Below are positions 44,903-55,878 of a DNA stretch of 64,000 nucleotides, piece after piece (positions within the stretch are counted from its first letter, which is position 1; each line of letters opens with the position of its first letter). The stretch lies in assembly GCA_964019425.1 (NCBI GenBank), contig OZ025798.1, positions 372,001-436,000 of the forward strand. The letters are read 5' to 3'. The position numbers and the translations under genes were made by a program. Below the pieces are notes generated by a model. The model worked only from the letters and a program-made list of their open reading frames with translations. It searched no databases and had not been told where the DNA came from. Source of the stretch: Flectonema sp. DT1601 (lineage: Eukaryota).

Positions 44903-47900
44903 CTAAACAGTAGTCTCGTCTTCAAATTCGAGGCTGTGATTCTTTGTGGTGTTTTCGTCCATTTCAACATCCTCTTTTGCGAAGAATTTTTCACGACCTT
45001 GACAAGCAAAACAATAAATAAGAACAGCTCCAATAACAACAAATAGTGACGAACAAACAACAATGACGGCGATGATAGCACCTGACAGACCATCATCATT
45101 ACTTCTGGAAGGTGATAAAGTGGAATCAAGAATTACTTCACTATCAGCTATTAACAGTTCTGCAGGTTTGTAAGCAGAAAGTTCATTGCTTTGTAAGTTA
45201 TTTCTAATCACGGATTCTACCTCTGCAGTTGTTGTTGTTGAATCTACTCCAAACTCAACAACAGAACCAGAGTTTTGCAACACAGTAATACCTCTATTGA
45301 GATCAACACCAGCAGTGCATCCAGCTGATATCTTTAAACTTTGTGTTGTCGGACATCCTCCAACACAAGCAGTCAGCGGACACACCCAGTAAACCGTAAC
45401 TCTCCCTGCAACACTATTCAGTAAACCCTCAAGAGCTCTCTCAAAGTTATTCTTATTAAGAATAGATGATAATATCCCTAATGTCATCTGAAAGACTTGT
45501 CTAATTATCGATGATCCGGGAACTTGAGTTAAAGTGTTACACTCACAGATCTGTGCTACATTAGATCCACCACGACAAACTGAGTCAGTGAAAGGGTTAG
45601 TGCAAATAGCAGTACAGTCAGTGTTGCCAGGAAATCCAGCTTGAACAATAAGCCTCCAGACTCCACTACAAGGAAGTGTATTCGGAGGAGTTCCTGTTGG
45701 TACAGCTGTCGGAATCAACGTTGGTACTGCTGTAGGTACAGCTGTCGGAACCGCAGTTGGTACAGCAGTTGGCACTGCTGTTGGCACAGCTGTCGGAACT
45801 GCAGTTGGGATTGCCGTAGGTACAGCAGTCCCGTAGTCACACTCACAGAATGAAGTACAAAGGTTTATATTTAAGATCCCAACACAAACACTATCACAAT
45901 CAATATTTATGTTAAACACTCCCACCTTAAATTTCCAAGACCTGCAGATGTTCTGCGAGAACGTTGGCGACGGCACTGGTGGCAATGTAATAGGAGCCTG
46001 AGTACTCTTGCAGGCACAGAGTTGAACAACACCAGGAACACCACTACAGATGTTATTTGTTAAAGAGTTAGTACACAATGATTGACAGTCAACAGTAAAG
46101 AGACCTCCAACAGTAAGAGGTTCCCATTGTGTACAAGTTGGTGATGGTACAGGTGTATCGTTACACTCACACAATTGAAGAACACCCAACACTCCAATGC
46201 AGACGTCATTTGTTGCAATAGTTGAACAGATTGTCGAACAGTCGACAGCTACGGATGGAAATATTGATCTCCAACTGTTGCAGGTAGAAACTGGAGGAAT
46301 ATTTGGTGAGAACGTTGGTATGCTACCAGGAGAAGGTGTTTCGTTAGAGCACATGCAAAGACGAATTCCTCCAACTCCAGTGCACGCAACCGTCTTACTC
46401 GCAAAGGAACAAACAGCGTCACACCAAATGCTGTTGATGGACATTAGTTCTCCAGTTGGTGTTGGTACCCATCTCTGAGAAGGACAGTTTGCTGTAAAAG
46501 ATAATGGAACCGGAGTTGGTATAGCAGTAGCAGCAGTATTCATACACTTACACACCTGAAGAATAGGATCTAAGTTGTGACAAAGTACAGCACCAGGACC
46601 AGATCTTGGACAGATATTTGGACAAATCGACTGAACATCAACTCCGTTCAAAACAGCCAAAGCCTGAGCAGTAGCACTCCAATGGCTACAAGTCTCTTGT
46701 TGTAATAGTAATGCTGGAGAACATGTTCTGTGGCCATTGCATGTGACAACACCTCCACATAAATGAATAAAATCATCAGTGCAACTGTTTTCACCAAGAC
46801 ACTGTAATTCACAACGAGCTCCATTGTTAGAATTACACTTCAGAGTGACATCTTTGCAAGCATTATGACCATCACACTTTACTAAACAATCTCCTTCAGA
46901 TGGACATATTATAGTTGTTCCTGCACAACTTTCTGGACCAGAGCAATCAACAAACAAGGATTCTGATTGGTATGAGGAAGTAACAGCTGTGTCAATAAAC
47001 ATGTTAGCACAAGACTGTAAGTCAGAACAGGTAACAGAACAACTCCTTGAAGTGCATTGGTAATGAATTGATGAACATGAGTGTGGTGCTGAACAAGAAA
47101 TACTGCAGGAGTTGGTTTTACATTTGATTGATTTTGCTGAAGGATTTGGTGAGAAATCTACAGCACAGTATTCATTGTGATGGATTCTATTATCTTGATC
47201 ATCGTGATCTTTGTGATCATTTAAAGCTGAGTCTTTTCCATCATTGTTGTCTGACATTTTATTTACCAACTGACCTCCACATACTGATGCACAACTGTAA
47301 CTGGAATCACAGATAATAGTACAGACGTCATTGTTATCACATTCAATCATACTATCAACACATCCACAGATGTCGTTGCATTGAACTGAACACGTTGATG
47401 TAGAAGAGCTGCATCCACACTGTTGATTACCATTACAGACTTTATAGTTACTGGCGTCATTGCACTCGCAGTGATTTTGACAGTATAAAATATTTGGATT
47501 GTGTGCTGTCTGATCATAGCATAGTTCTCTACAAATCTTGTTAGTCCAGTAGCAGTGATCAAGTGATCCTCCTCTACGATCTTCAATCAGACTTGTTGAA
47601 GGAGACGGAGTTGCATCATTGACTCTCACACAGTCACAGTACCTTCTGCATAAGTATGAATTACGTTCTCCTCTCATAAAGCTTTCTGAGCACAATAAGT
47701 CACAGCTAGTGTGGTAGTTGTATAAGTATGTGTTCGTGTTTGGAACCCATTTACTTGGGGAATTACATCTCGGCATATCAATATTTCCGTGACTTACTGA
47801 GAAGCGAGATATCGTAGTTGTGTTTGCACAGAGACACGGACCTCCAATAAATGGATTGCAGTACTTACTTCTGCTGTCAGTTCTGTCACATAAATCATCG

Positions 47901-50900
47901 CAGCTTTCACTTCCAAGTAGAGTCTTAGAGCTGATCCAGTAGTCGCAAGTATTTGGGTTAAATAATAGCATTCTTGACATGAGTTCACCTGAACAGGCGT
48001 CTTCACCAGTACATGTGGTTAGAATATTTCCTCTACTCTCACACAGATCAACATTCTGACAGGAGCGAGCACCAGTACAACGGATGTGACATTCTTGGTT
48101 GTCTGAACACTTCAGTTCCATTCCCAAACAACTTTCATACCCAATGCAGTTAACAATACACTGACTACTACTTTCTGGACATGTTACAGTACTTCCCTTA
48201 CACGAGTGAGTATCACTGCAGGTTACAATTAAACTGTCAGCAGAGGAAGCAACAAGTTCAGCAGATTCACAAGAATCAATTCCCATGCAGTTTATTTCAC
48301 ACTCAGGAGAAGTACACCACTGGGTACTCCTCTGACATGAGGTAAAACCATCGCAATTCACTTCACTTCTACCGTAAGATGATAAAATAGATGTTGTTTG
48401 AATACAAGATCTATCACCAGAACAGGTCACAGTACAGGTTTGCTGACTGTTGGTACAAGAGAACGTTGGAGATGTTGGGATTCTTGTGAGTCTGCAGACA
48501 GGAGGTGCTGGAGTAGGTGGAGGAGTAGGTGGTGGGGTAGGTGGCGGAGCTCTATTGTCGTCACCATCGTCCCTGTCATCCCTGTCGTCCTTACTGTCCT
48601 TGCTGTCTTTATTATCTTTGTCGTCTTTATCGTCTTTGTTATCCTTGTCATCTTTATCGTCTTTGTTATCTTTGTCATCTTTATCATCCTTATTATCCTT
48701 GTCATCTTTGTTATCCTTGTCATCCGTGGTATCGTCTGGGACGGTTGTTAACACTCTCGGTGCACACGATAAGCTGTCAACACATGAAATAGAGCAATCC
48801 CATCCTCTCTTACAAGTGAGTTCTGATCCTCTACAAAACTCATCTTCACATCTAATACCACACTTTCCATTTAATTCACATGTACATCTATCATTTTTAC
48901 ACAACATAATATGTTCATCGGAGTACTTTGTGCACTTGCAGTAATTGCGGCAAACTTCTGTGTGAGGTGCCTGAGGGCAGAAATTCTCGCACCAGGTATC
49001 GTCGAAGGCGGCAACCTGAGTGTTTAGGCCAGTTCTGTGCCAGTAGCAGTTAATTGGAGCAGCGATGTGATCACATTGACAGAGTGGTTTGGTTATATCA
49101 CCTCCAAGAAAACAAGTATCAGGTGTAAATGGACATACAGCAGTACACCATAGATGAGTAATACTGTTTGTCAGTCCCAGTGCTGTTGGAATCCAAACGT
49201 TTGATTGACACTGTGATGGTTGTAAAGTAGGTTCGATTCTCTGAACACACTGACAGAGATCAAAACACAATACTTTACTTCTATAACAAAGAGTATCACA
49301 GAAGTCAGAATCAATAGACAACAATGCATTACGAGGTTGGTAAGTATGACACGGACCTGATCTCCAAAGCAAGTCATTTCCACAAGAAGCAGTTGCTGTG
49401 CAGTATGAAGTAACAGAACCAATTAATTTAAGGTCCCCAATTTGACTACATGATCCAGAACCGATACAATCAATTAAACAACTGTACTGACTGTTAGAAT
49501 TATGAACAGGACAGTGTAGAGTTAGATCTTTACAAGAGTCTTCACCAGTACACATTATCGTACAGTCTACATTTGGTGGACATTTAATTATTGCTTCGTC
49601 GCATGAGTCTTTGCCTGAGCATTCAATTACGACCTTTCCCAATGATCTGGAATAGTCAAGTGATGATTTCTTACAAGACTCAAGTCCACTGCAATGCTGA
49701 GTAACGCGAGTAGTTGATGACAGGACATTGTTGGTTGTTTCTTTACAGGATTCTTCTCCACTACAGGAAATATCACAAGTAGTTGACGCGCACAAGATCG
49801 ATGATTCTTCGCATGATTCTGTTCCAGCGCAGTTTATGATTCCAATTTGTGCATCAGATGATAAAAACATTCCAAAGTCAGCACCGCCCGCCATGTTGAA
49901 GTCGAGTGGGATGGGACCAGTTAGGATTGATGAGTAAGGTTTGAGTTCTCTACAACTCTCAGAACCCAAACAATTAATAGTACAAGATAAAGTTGATAAA
50001 CAATGAATGTGTGAATTAATAGCTGACTGTGAACCAACAAGACCAAGTCTACAATCAGTTGTTTGACTATCACAGACTAGAACAGAACTATCACAAGAGT
50101 TGTCGGCATCACAACTTCTGCGGCAAGCAGTACGAGTGCAGTCACATCTTGTTCCCGAAGGACAAACGTAATTTGGTTCATTAACGATATTTTGTAAGTC
50201 AAGAAGACCCTGACTGCATCCAGCCCTACTAAGACAGCTGGTGACAATACCACCTGTGAGACTCGACCTCGCAACATTCTGACATGAATTAGTTCCAGCA
50301 CAAGTTAAATGACAATTAGTTGATCCTATTGGACAAGCCATAGTCAAACCAGAACAAGACTCGTCACCATCACAGATGACACGACAGCTTGCAGACGTTG
50401 GGCAGTTAACGGTTGTTTGAAAACAACTGTTTTCTCTGTTGCATCTGACTACGACTGGTGCCAATGATGATTGAAAGTTTAATGTAGCTGAGCGGCAAGC
50501 ATTAATATTATCACAAATGTGTTCAACATCAGTGGTAACATCAGAGTTTGCTGTAAACACACCAGACTCACATGATCGCTGTCCCAAACATCTTGTAGTA
50601 CAAGTTCTAGAATAGCACTGAAATGATACGTCTTTACAAGAATGAAGACCATGGCAATCAACAGATCCTCTCAGTACAGTTGGTAATGAAATTGATGAAT
50701 CGTAACAAGAGTTGTCACCATTACAATTAATTAAAACATTAGAACGAGCGTTGTTGTAGTTAAGAATTGCTCCACGGCATCCATTAAAACCACACGAGTG
50801 GGTAACTCCAGATACAGTTGTTGTGGCCGCATTGAATGTTGTTTGGGAACAAGCTTCGTTACCATTGCAAGAGATGTCACAATGTTTAGCTGCGCACATG

Positions 50901-52558
50901 ACGGTAGAGGATCTACAAGAGTTAGTATGACTACATGAAAGAATTCCTTGATTAGCAGTGTGCATGTAAATACCAAAGTTTTTACCAACAGCAAACGGGA
51001 CTCCCATTGAAGAAGAAGACCCTTGAATGATATCATCATATCCTCTGAGTGATCTACAAGCATCTTCATTAGAACATGTTACTCTACATGTAGTAGAAGC
51101 AAGGCATTCAATGTGAGAGTTAGCAGCAGATTGTGATCCAGAGAATGCTAATTCACAAACAGATGATGTATCCCGACAGGCAACTACAGAACTGTCACAA
51201 CTATTATGACTTTGACACGTTGCAGTACATGGTTCGTTAGTACAGATACATCTATTTCCAGATGAGCAAACAGTTACTGCTCCTCCAATGTTAGTACGTA
51301 AGCCCAGTAGGTAATCACTACAAGCTCCGTTAGTAACACATTCAACAGTGAGCTCACCAGATACATCAGATGAAGAGATGTCAGTGCAAGCATCATTTCC
51401 TTCACATCTTATGAAGCATCTCTTTCCTGCAGGTAGTGAACTCGGACATCTGATTGTAGAATCTTTACAAGACTTGTCACCTGAACAATTAATAGTACAG
51501 TCATTATTATCAGGGCATTCAATTACTGATTGCATGCAAGCTTCACTACCTGAGCAAGTTATTTCACCAGTTCCAGTTGTAGTGTCGATGTGAATATTTG
51601 TTTGTTTACAAGATTGTTCTCCATTACATCTGATGATGGTTTCGTCTGAAGACTTCGATTCAAAAGTTGAAATCATGCAGGCTTGTTTGTTGTCGCATTC
51701 GATTGTACAATCGTCACCTCTGCACTTTACGTTGCTTCTCATGCATGCTTGTTCTCCGTCACATGTTAGCATAACGTCGTCTCTTGATCTCAGGTCAAAA
51801 ACGGAATCGAAACAGGTTTGTTTGTTGGTACATTCTACTGTGCAGTCTTCTGAATCGCAAGTAATTTTGTTCAAGCGACAGGAATTCTCACCAGAACATT
51901 GCAGTAAACTGTTACTATCAGAAACCATACTGATTGGTGTGTCGTAGCATCCTTCTTTTCCACTGCAAACTACTGTACAGGAGTCAGCATTACAAGTAAC
52001 AGATCCTGTTCTGCAAGACTGATCGTTTGAACATGATATGGTAACTCCATTTTTAGAAGCTGCTTGTAAGTTTGATCTGTAACAAGATTGAGTCCCAGCA
52101 CATCTTAGAGTACAGATATCTGACTTACAAGACAGAGATGAATCTCTACATGATTGGGTGCCATCACATTTGATAAATCCTTCTTGTGAGCGGTCGGAAA
52201 TGAAGATTCCATTGCTGTTACCAGAACTGGGTTGGTTGTTGTCGTCTTTATCGTCTTTAGTGTCTTGTGCGTCTTCGTAAGATTGCATTCGAACACATGA
52301 TTCAGTACCATCACATCTGATGTCACATCTATCAGAGTGACATTCAATATGACCTTCTTCACAACCTTCACTGTCACATGAAACTCTACAGTCAGAACTG
52401 GTTGATTCACATATTAAGACACTCTTGTCACATTCTTTTCTGTCACAGTCGAATCTACAAGTTGAACTATCACACGAGCAAACATTACCCTTCTTACATG
52501 TGTCTCTTGCATTAACAAGACACACTGTTAGTAACAGTGGTATTATAGTGAATCTCAT
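44903..52558 (-). CDS. Giant Cys-rich type I membrane/surface protein (2551 aa)
   Basis: Signal peptide; dozens of C-x-G-x-x-(S/A)-C repeats; W/C-rich modules; (DDKDNK)n and (PTAV)n tracts; one TM helix near the C-terminus. Single uninterrupted ORF. Confidence 0.9.
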   Translation of the reverse strand: MRFTIIPLLLTVCLVNARDTCKKGNVCSCDSSTCRFDCDRKECDKSVLICESTSSDCRVSCDSEGCEEGHIECHSDRCDIRCDGTESCVRMQSYEDAQDTKDDKDDNNQPSSGNSNGIFISDRSQEGFIKCDGTQSCRDSSLSCKSDICTLRCAGTQSCYRSNLQAASKNGVTISCSNDQSCRTGSVTCNADSCTVVCSGKEGCYDTPISMVSDSNSLLQCSGENSCRLNKITCDSEDCTVECTNKQTCFDSVFDLRSRDDVMLTCDGEQACMRSNVKCRGDDCTIECDNKQACMISTFESKSSDETIIRCNGEQSCKQTNIHIDTTTGTGEITCSGSEACMQSVIECPDNNDCTINCSGDKSCKDSTIRCPSSLPAGKRCFIRCEGNDACTDISSSDVSGELTVECVTNGACSDYLLGLRTNIGGAVTVCSSGNRCICTNEPCTATCQSHNSCDSSVVACRDTSSVCELAFSGSQSAANSHIECLASTTCRVTCSNEDACRSLRGYDDIIQGSSSSMGVPFAVGKNFGIYMHTANQGILSCSHTNSCRSSTVMCAAKHCDISCNGNEACSQTTFNAATTTVSGVTHSCGFNGCRGAILNYNNARSNVLINCNGDNSCYDSSISLPTVLRGSVDCHGLHSCKDVSFQCYSRTCTTRCLGQRSCESGVFTANSDVTTDVEHICDNINACRSATLNFQSSLAPVVVRCNRENSCFQTTVNCPTSASCRVICDGDESCSGLTMACPIGSTNCHLTCAGTNSCQNVARSSLTGGIVTSCLSRAGCSQGLLDLQNIVNEPNYVCPSGTRCDCTRTACRRSCDADNSCDSSVLVCDSQTTDCRLGLVGSQSAINSHIHCLSTLSCTINCLGSESCRELKPYSSILTGPIPLDFNMAGGADFGMFLSSDAQIGIINCAGTESCEESSILCASTTCDISCSGEESCKETTNNVLSSTTRVTQHCSGLESCKKSSLDYSRSLGKVVIECSGKDSCDEAIIKCPPNVDCTIMCTGEDSCKDLTLHCPVHNSNSQYSCLIDCIGSGSCSQIGDLKLIGSVTSYCTATASCGNDLLWRSGPCHTYQPRNALLSIDSDFCDTLCYRSKVLCFDLCQCVQRIEPTLQPSQCQSNVWIPTALGLTNSITHLWCTAVCPFTPDTCFLGGDITKPLCQCDHIAAPINCYWHRTGLNTQVAAFDDTWCENFCPQAPHTEVCRNYCKCTKYSDEHIMLCKNDRCTCELNGKCGIRCEDEFCRGSELTCKRGWDCSISCVDSLSCAPRVLTTVPDDTTDDKDNKDDKDNKDDKDDKDNKDDKDDKDNKDDKDDKDNKDSKDSKDDRDDRDDGDDNRAPPPTPPPTPPPTPAPPVCRLTRIPTSPTFSCTNSQQTCTVTCSGDRSCIQTTSILSSYGRSEVNCDGFTSCQRSTQWCTSPECEINCMGIDSCESAELVASSADSLIVTCSDTHSCKGSTVTCPESSSQCIVNCIGYESCLGMELKCSDNQECHIRCTGARSCQNVDLCESRGNILTTCTGEDACSGELMSRMLLFNPNTCDYWISSKTLLGSESCDDLCDRTDSRSKYCNPFIGGPCLCANTTTISRFSVSHGNIDMPRCNSPSKWVPNTNTYLYNYHTSCDLLCSESFMRGERNSYLCRRYCDCVRVNDATPSPSTSLIEDRRGGSLDHCYWTNKICRELCYDQTAHNPNILYCQNHCECNDASNYKVCNGNQQCGCSSSTSTCSVQCNDICGCVDSMIECDNNDVCTIICDSSYSCASVCGGQLVNKMSDNNDGKDSALNDHKDHDDQDNRIHHNEYCAVDFSPNPSAKSIKCKTNSCSISCSAPHSCSSIHYQCTSRSCSVTCSDLQSCANMFIDTAVTSSYQSESLFVDCSGPESCAGTTIICPSEGDCLVKCDGHNACKDVTLKCNSNNGARCELQCLGENSCTDDFIHLCGGVVTCNGHRTCSPALLLQQETCSHWSATAQALAVLNGVDVQSICPNICPRSGPGAVLCHNLDPILQVCKCMNTAATAIPTPVPLSFTANCPSQRWVPTPTGELMSINSIWCDAVCSFASKTVACTGVGGIRLCMCSNETPSPGSIPTFSPNIPPVSTCNSWRSIFPSVAVDCSTICSTIATNDVCIGVLGVLQLCECNDTPVPSPTCTQWEPLTVGGLFTVDCQSLCTNSLTNNICSGVPGVVQLCACKSTQAPITLPPVPSPTFSQNICRSWKFKVGVFNINIDCDSVCVGILNINLCTSFCECDYGTAVPTAIPTAVPTAVPTAVPTAVPTAVPTAVPTAVPTLIPTAVPTGTPPNTLPCSGVWRLIVQAGFPGNTDCTAICTNPFTDSVCRGGSNVAQICECNTLTQVPGSSIIRQVFQMTLGILSSILNKNNFERALEGLLNSVAGRVTVYWVCPLTACVGGCPTTQSLKISAGCTAGVDLNRGITVLQNSGSVVEFGVDSTTTTAEVESVIRNNLQSNELSAYKPAELLIADSEVILDSTLSPSRSNDDGLSGAIIAVIVVCSSLFVVIGAVLIYCFACQGREKFFAKEDVEMDENTTKNHSLEFEDETTV

Positions 52559-53363
52559 TTTTTTTTATGTTTATTTTATTTATTTATTTTTGTTGAAACT
52601 GTCAGTTGTTATTAAAGAATTCATGTAGCGTGTTGAAAGACATCTTTCGAGATTCGTCGAAGGGACAAGATCCACAATACTGAATACATGGGCTCAACTA
52701 TTGACTACAGATTTATTTATTTATTTAGAAAATCCCAACACTTGTACATCATGGTAATAGTTTAGTTAGTTTAGTTAGCAAAAAAAAATACAAACTAATA
52801 AAACTACCTGTTTCTTTAAGAAAAATAATAAAAAGTTATCCAAAGTACTCTACGCAGCAAATTACGGTGGAAAAAAAAAAACATGGTGGAAACCATCTAT
52901 TTTTTTTTTTTTTTTTTTTTTGTTGGTGGGGAGGGAGTAAAATCGAAAAATTCTTTTTTTTTTTTTTTTTTTTTTTTTTCCTTTGTACAATTCCGCTGAC
53001 GTTTTAAAAAAAAAAAGAAAACAACCAGCTGTGTAAAATGAGAGAGGTGACTTGATACTAATTAACTTTTTGAGTTGGTTACAACCGAAAAAGGGTTGCA
53101 CCAAAACAGCTTTTAATTATTTTTTTCTCGGTATATTCCTTTTACAAGTGTGTAAAATGAGAGAGGTAAACACGCTTATAGATACGCTAAGCACTCAACG
53201 TTGAGCACATAGTACAATTGCGAAAAACTGTCACACTGGCATAGTATAGATTATTGTACAGGTTGACATGCGGTAAATCGTAAAAAAAACAATAAAAAAA
53301 ATAAAAAAAAAAAAAAAAAAAGGAGAAGAAGAAAAAAAAGAGATACGAAGCGAACGTGATATA

Positions 53364-55685
53364 CTAATTCTTCTTTCCCTTTTTACCAACAGATGATGAG
53401 AAGTGAGATCCACATAGATAAGAAGCGATTTCATTTGTTGATAGTTTCTGATTTCTATCAATGTCATGTTCTCTGAATAAGTCAACGATCTCTTTTCGTT
53501 GAATTTCGTCTGGTCGTTGTTCAATTCCCAGGTCTTGGTAAAGAGAGTCTAAGAACCCGTGGATTTCATCTTTACCAAGTGAACCGTCAGAATTAATATC
53601 GTGTTCTTTAAATTGGTTTATTATTTTATTTGTTATGTCTGGGGTGAATGTGCCTGACAGTTGCCCAGAAAATCCTTTAACCGTCTCATTCGTTTTTGTA
53701 TAATCACCACTTTGTTGAAGCTCTTCGACGAATTGCTGTTGATTTTGAATTGACCAATGCGCTTTGTCTTTTGTGATAACAATTGGAATGCCAATGGTAC
53801 CACCAGTGAATCCAGAATCAATCATTGGTTTGAAATATGATTCATCTTTACTAATGTCATACGTGTCATAATTAATCCTCGCAGAATCTAATAGACGACA
53901 CATATGAACACATGCTCCACAACCTTCTTGTGTGAAAACCTTTAAGATTGATAATTCCTGATTACTATCACCCGGTGACTGCTCTCCTTGCCCTGGTGAA
54001 TCTGATAATGTTTTTGATATTTCAGATGCAAGTGAATGATGATCAGTTATCGACCAGTGAGCGTCACCATTGAATACCACAACAGGAAGTCCAAACTTCC
54101 CTCCTTTGAATCCACTGGCTGTCATGCATTGGAAGAAGGACTTATCCTTGTCGAGGTCTAATTGCAGGAAGGGAACGTTTGCGCTTTCAAGAGCATCGTA
54201 CATGCTGACGCATAGTCCACAGGTTTGTCTTCCGTACACTTTTACTTGTGGTGCTGCTTTTATAACGTCATTTGAGGATGCTGGCTTCTTAGCTGCCGCT
54301 GGTGTGTTTCTTCCTTTCTTGGGTTTTGCTGCGCCTTTTACAGCTGGAGCTTCTCCAGCTCCCGAATTCGCTGCTTTCGCAGCATCTAATGACCGTTTGA
54401 ATTTCGCATCTTTCTTCCCTTCGCTATAGCCACCGGCAAAGTTTTGAGTACACATCGTGCCGTATTGTTTGTGAGGACCGACAGCTACTCCAGCAACTCC
54501 CCATCTGTTATAAATATTCTTTCGATGACCACGCGATGGAACCCCGTCGTCAATAATAAGTTGCATTACAATACCCCTCGCGGCTTTACATCCATAAGAA
54601 ATATTCTCTCCACACGACTGTCTCCATGTTCCATAACGGTTACAACGATCTGATGGTTGAGAACCATCAGTACCACCGTGACCAGTTTTAGTAGTCTTAC
54701 CCTGGTCACGGCAGTGATCTTTCGATGCTAAATACAATCCCAGTGGACATTCTCGAAATGGTGGAAGTGGTGTTTGTTTTCGTAAATCCGCTGCAGCTTC
54801 TTCCCATGCTGGGATGCCTTCGTTAGTCATGATTCCAATCTGACCAGGTTTCCTAACTACTCCGTCTTTTATATATTGAATCTCATCCTCAATACAATCT
54901 GCGTAGATAGTTGGTTCTGACCTGGCTATGTTTAATTCATGAAAGACAGCTCGTTCGATGTCGGTCATTATCTTTCCTCCTTCCCCTGGTACTGATGCTG
55001 CCTGTTTATCAGATGAATCACTTTTTGATTCAGGTGGTGGCTCATCAGACTGTTGCTGCTGTGGAGGACGTGATGCAGGTGTTGACGTATGCTGCAACTT
55101 ATCACTTGAAGTATCTAACTGTGAGAGATAAATATCAATACCTGGCCAGAATGCTAGTAATTCAGCAAGGCTGATTTTACCATCTTTATTCTTATCCATG
55201 GCTTGAATTATTGTCATAGCAGTATTGGCGGATACTTCTCGTCCTGTTAATTCTGAAACCATACATCTCACTTCTGATGCATCCAACGATCCTCCTTTAT
55301 CGTGATCGTATCTCATGAAGACTGACTTCACATGGTTTTGCATTTCTACACTTAAGGCATCAGGGCATTGGGTAAGCTGTAAATCACCATCACCCAATTG
55401 CATTCCTTCAGCTGCACCTCCTGTTGGTGCTGCCCCAGACTTGCTTTCTTTAGTCTCAACACTTTCTTCTTTCCTTCCATCACTATACATAGTTATCGTG
55501 GTAATTGTTGTTTTTTGAACTCCGTTTGAAGTCGCAATGCTCTTGCATATTTTCTTACCTACTACAGACATTATTAGTTTTTTTAGTGTTGGTTTTGCTG
55601 TTTTGTAAAGTAGCGCAAAAGCAATAATAAATAAAAGTAGTGAGAATAAAAAAATAGAGATAATAACTAAAAGTAAAGTATTCAT
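53364..55685 (-). CDS. EF-hand / CAP (SCP/PR-1) / two glutaredoxin-like / EF-hand multidomain protein; 5' end uncertain
   Basis: DHDKGGSLDASE, DKNKDGKISLAE; CAP motifs GENISYG...LIIDDGVPSRGHRKNI; CGLC and CGAC thioredoxin-fold motifs each followed by G.P; DINSDGSLGKDE, DIDRNQKLSTNE. Confidence 0.82.
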   Translation of the reverse strand: MNTLLLVIISIFLFSLLLFIIAFALLYKTAKPTLKKLIMSVVGKKICKSIATSNGVQKTTITTITMYSDGRKEESVETKESKSGAAPTGGAAEGMQLGDGDLQLTQCPDALSVEMQNHVKSVFMRYDHDKGGSLDASEVRCMVSELTGREVSANTAMTIIQAMDKNKDGKISLAELLAFWPGIDIYLSQLDTSSDKLQHTSTPASRPPQQQQSDEPPPESKSDSSDKQAASVPGEGGKIMTDIERAVFHELNIARSEPTIYADCIEDEIQYIKDGVVRKPGQIGIMTNEGIPAWEEAAADLRKQTPLPPFRECPLGLYLASKDHCRDQGKTTKTGHGGTDGSQPSDRCNRYGTWRQSCGENISYGCKAARGIVMQLIIDDGVPSRGHRKNIYNRWGVAGVAVGPHKQYGTMCTQNFAGGYSEGKKDAKFKRSLDAAKAANSGAGEAPAVKGAAKPKKGRNTPAAAKKPASSNDVIKAAPQVKVYGRQTCGLCVSMYDALESANVPFLQLDLDKDKSFFQCMTASGFKGGKFGLPVVVFNGDAHWSITDHHSLASEISKTLSDSPGQGEQSPGDSNQELSILKVFTQEGCGACVHMCRLLDSARINYDTYDISKDESYFKPMIDSGFTGGTIGIPIVITKDKAHWSIQNQQQFVEELQQSGDYTKTNETVKGFSGQLSGTFTPDITNKIINQFKEHDINSDGSLGKDEIHGFLDSLYQDLGIEQRPDEIQRKEIVDLFREHDIDRNQKLSTNEIASYLCGSHFSSSVGKKGKKN

Positions 55686-55705
55686 TTTCTGCAGCCTCCT
55701 AATTA

Positions 55706-55834
55706 TTAGAATATGAGTTTAATCATAAAGAAGTACACTAATTTAAAATACAAAAAAAGAAAATTAATTATAAAAACACATTGTTCTGCTGTTCCATAAT
55801 GCACTGTGGAATACTCTTAGGCCTTCATCAGTAG
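55706..55834 (-). repeat. Second (CTAA)-tailed dispersed repeat family; longer copy at ~59153-59320
   Basis: ttagaatatgagttt...ataaaaacacattgttctgctgttccataat.cactgtggaatac is shared. The terminal 15-mer also occurs at 2776, 3061 and 8522. Confidence 0.7.
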
Positions 55835-55878
55835 AACTATTACCAGTTTTTTTTCAGTTATTAATAATTATCAGTCAA

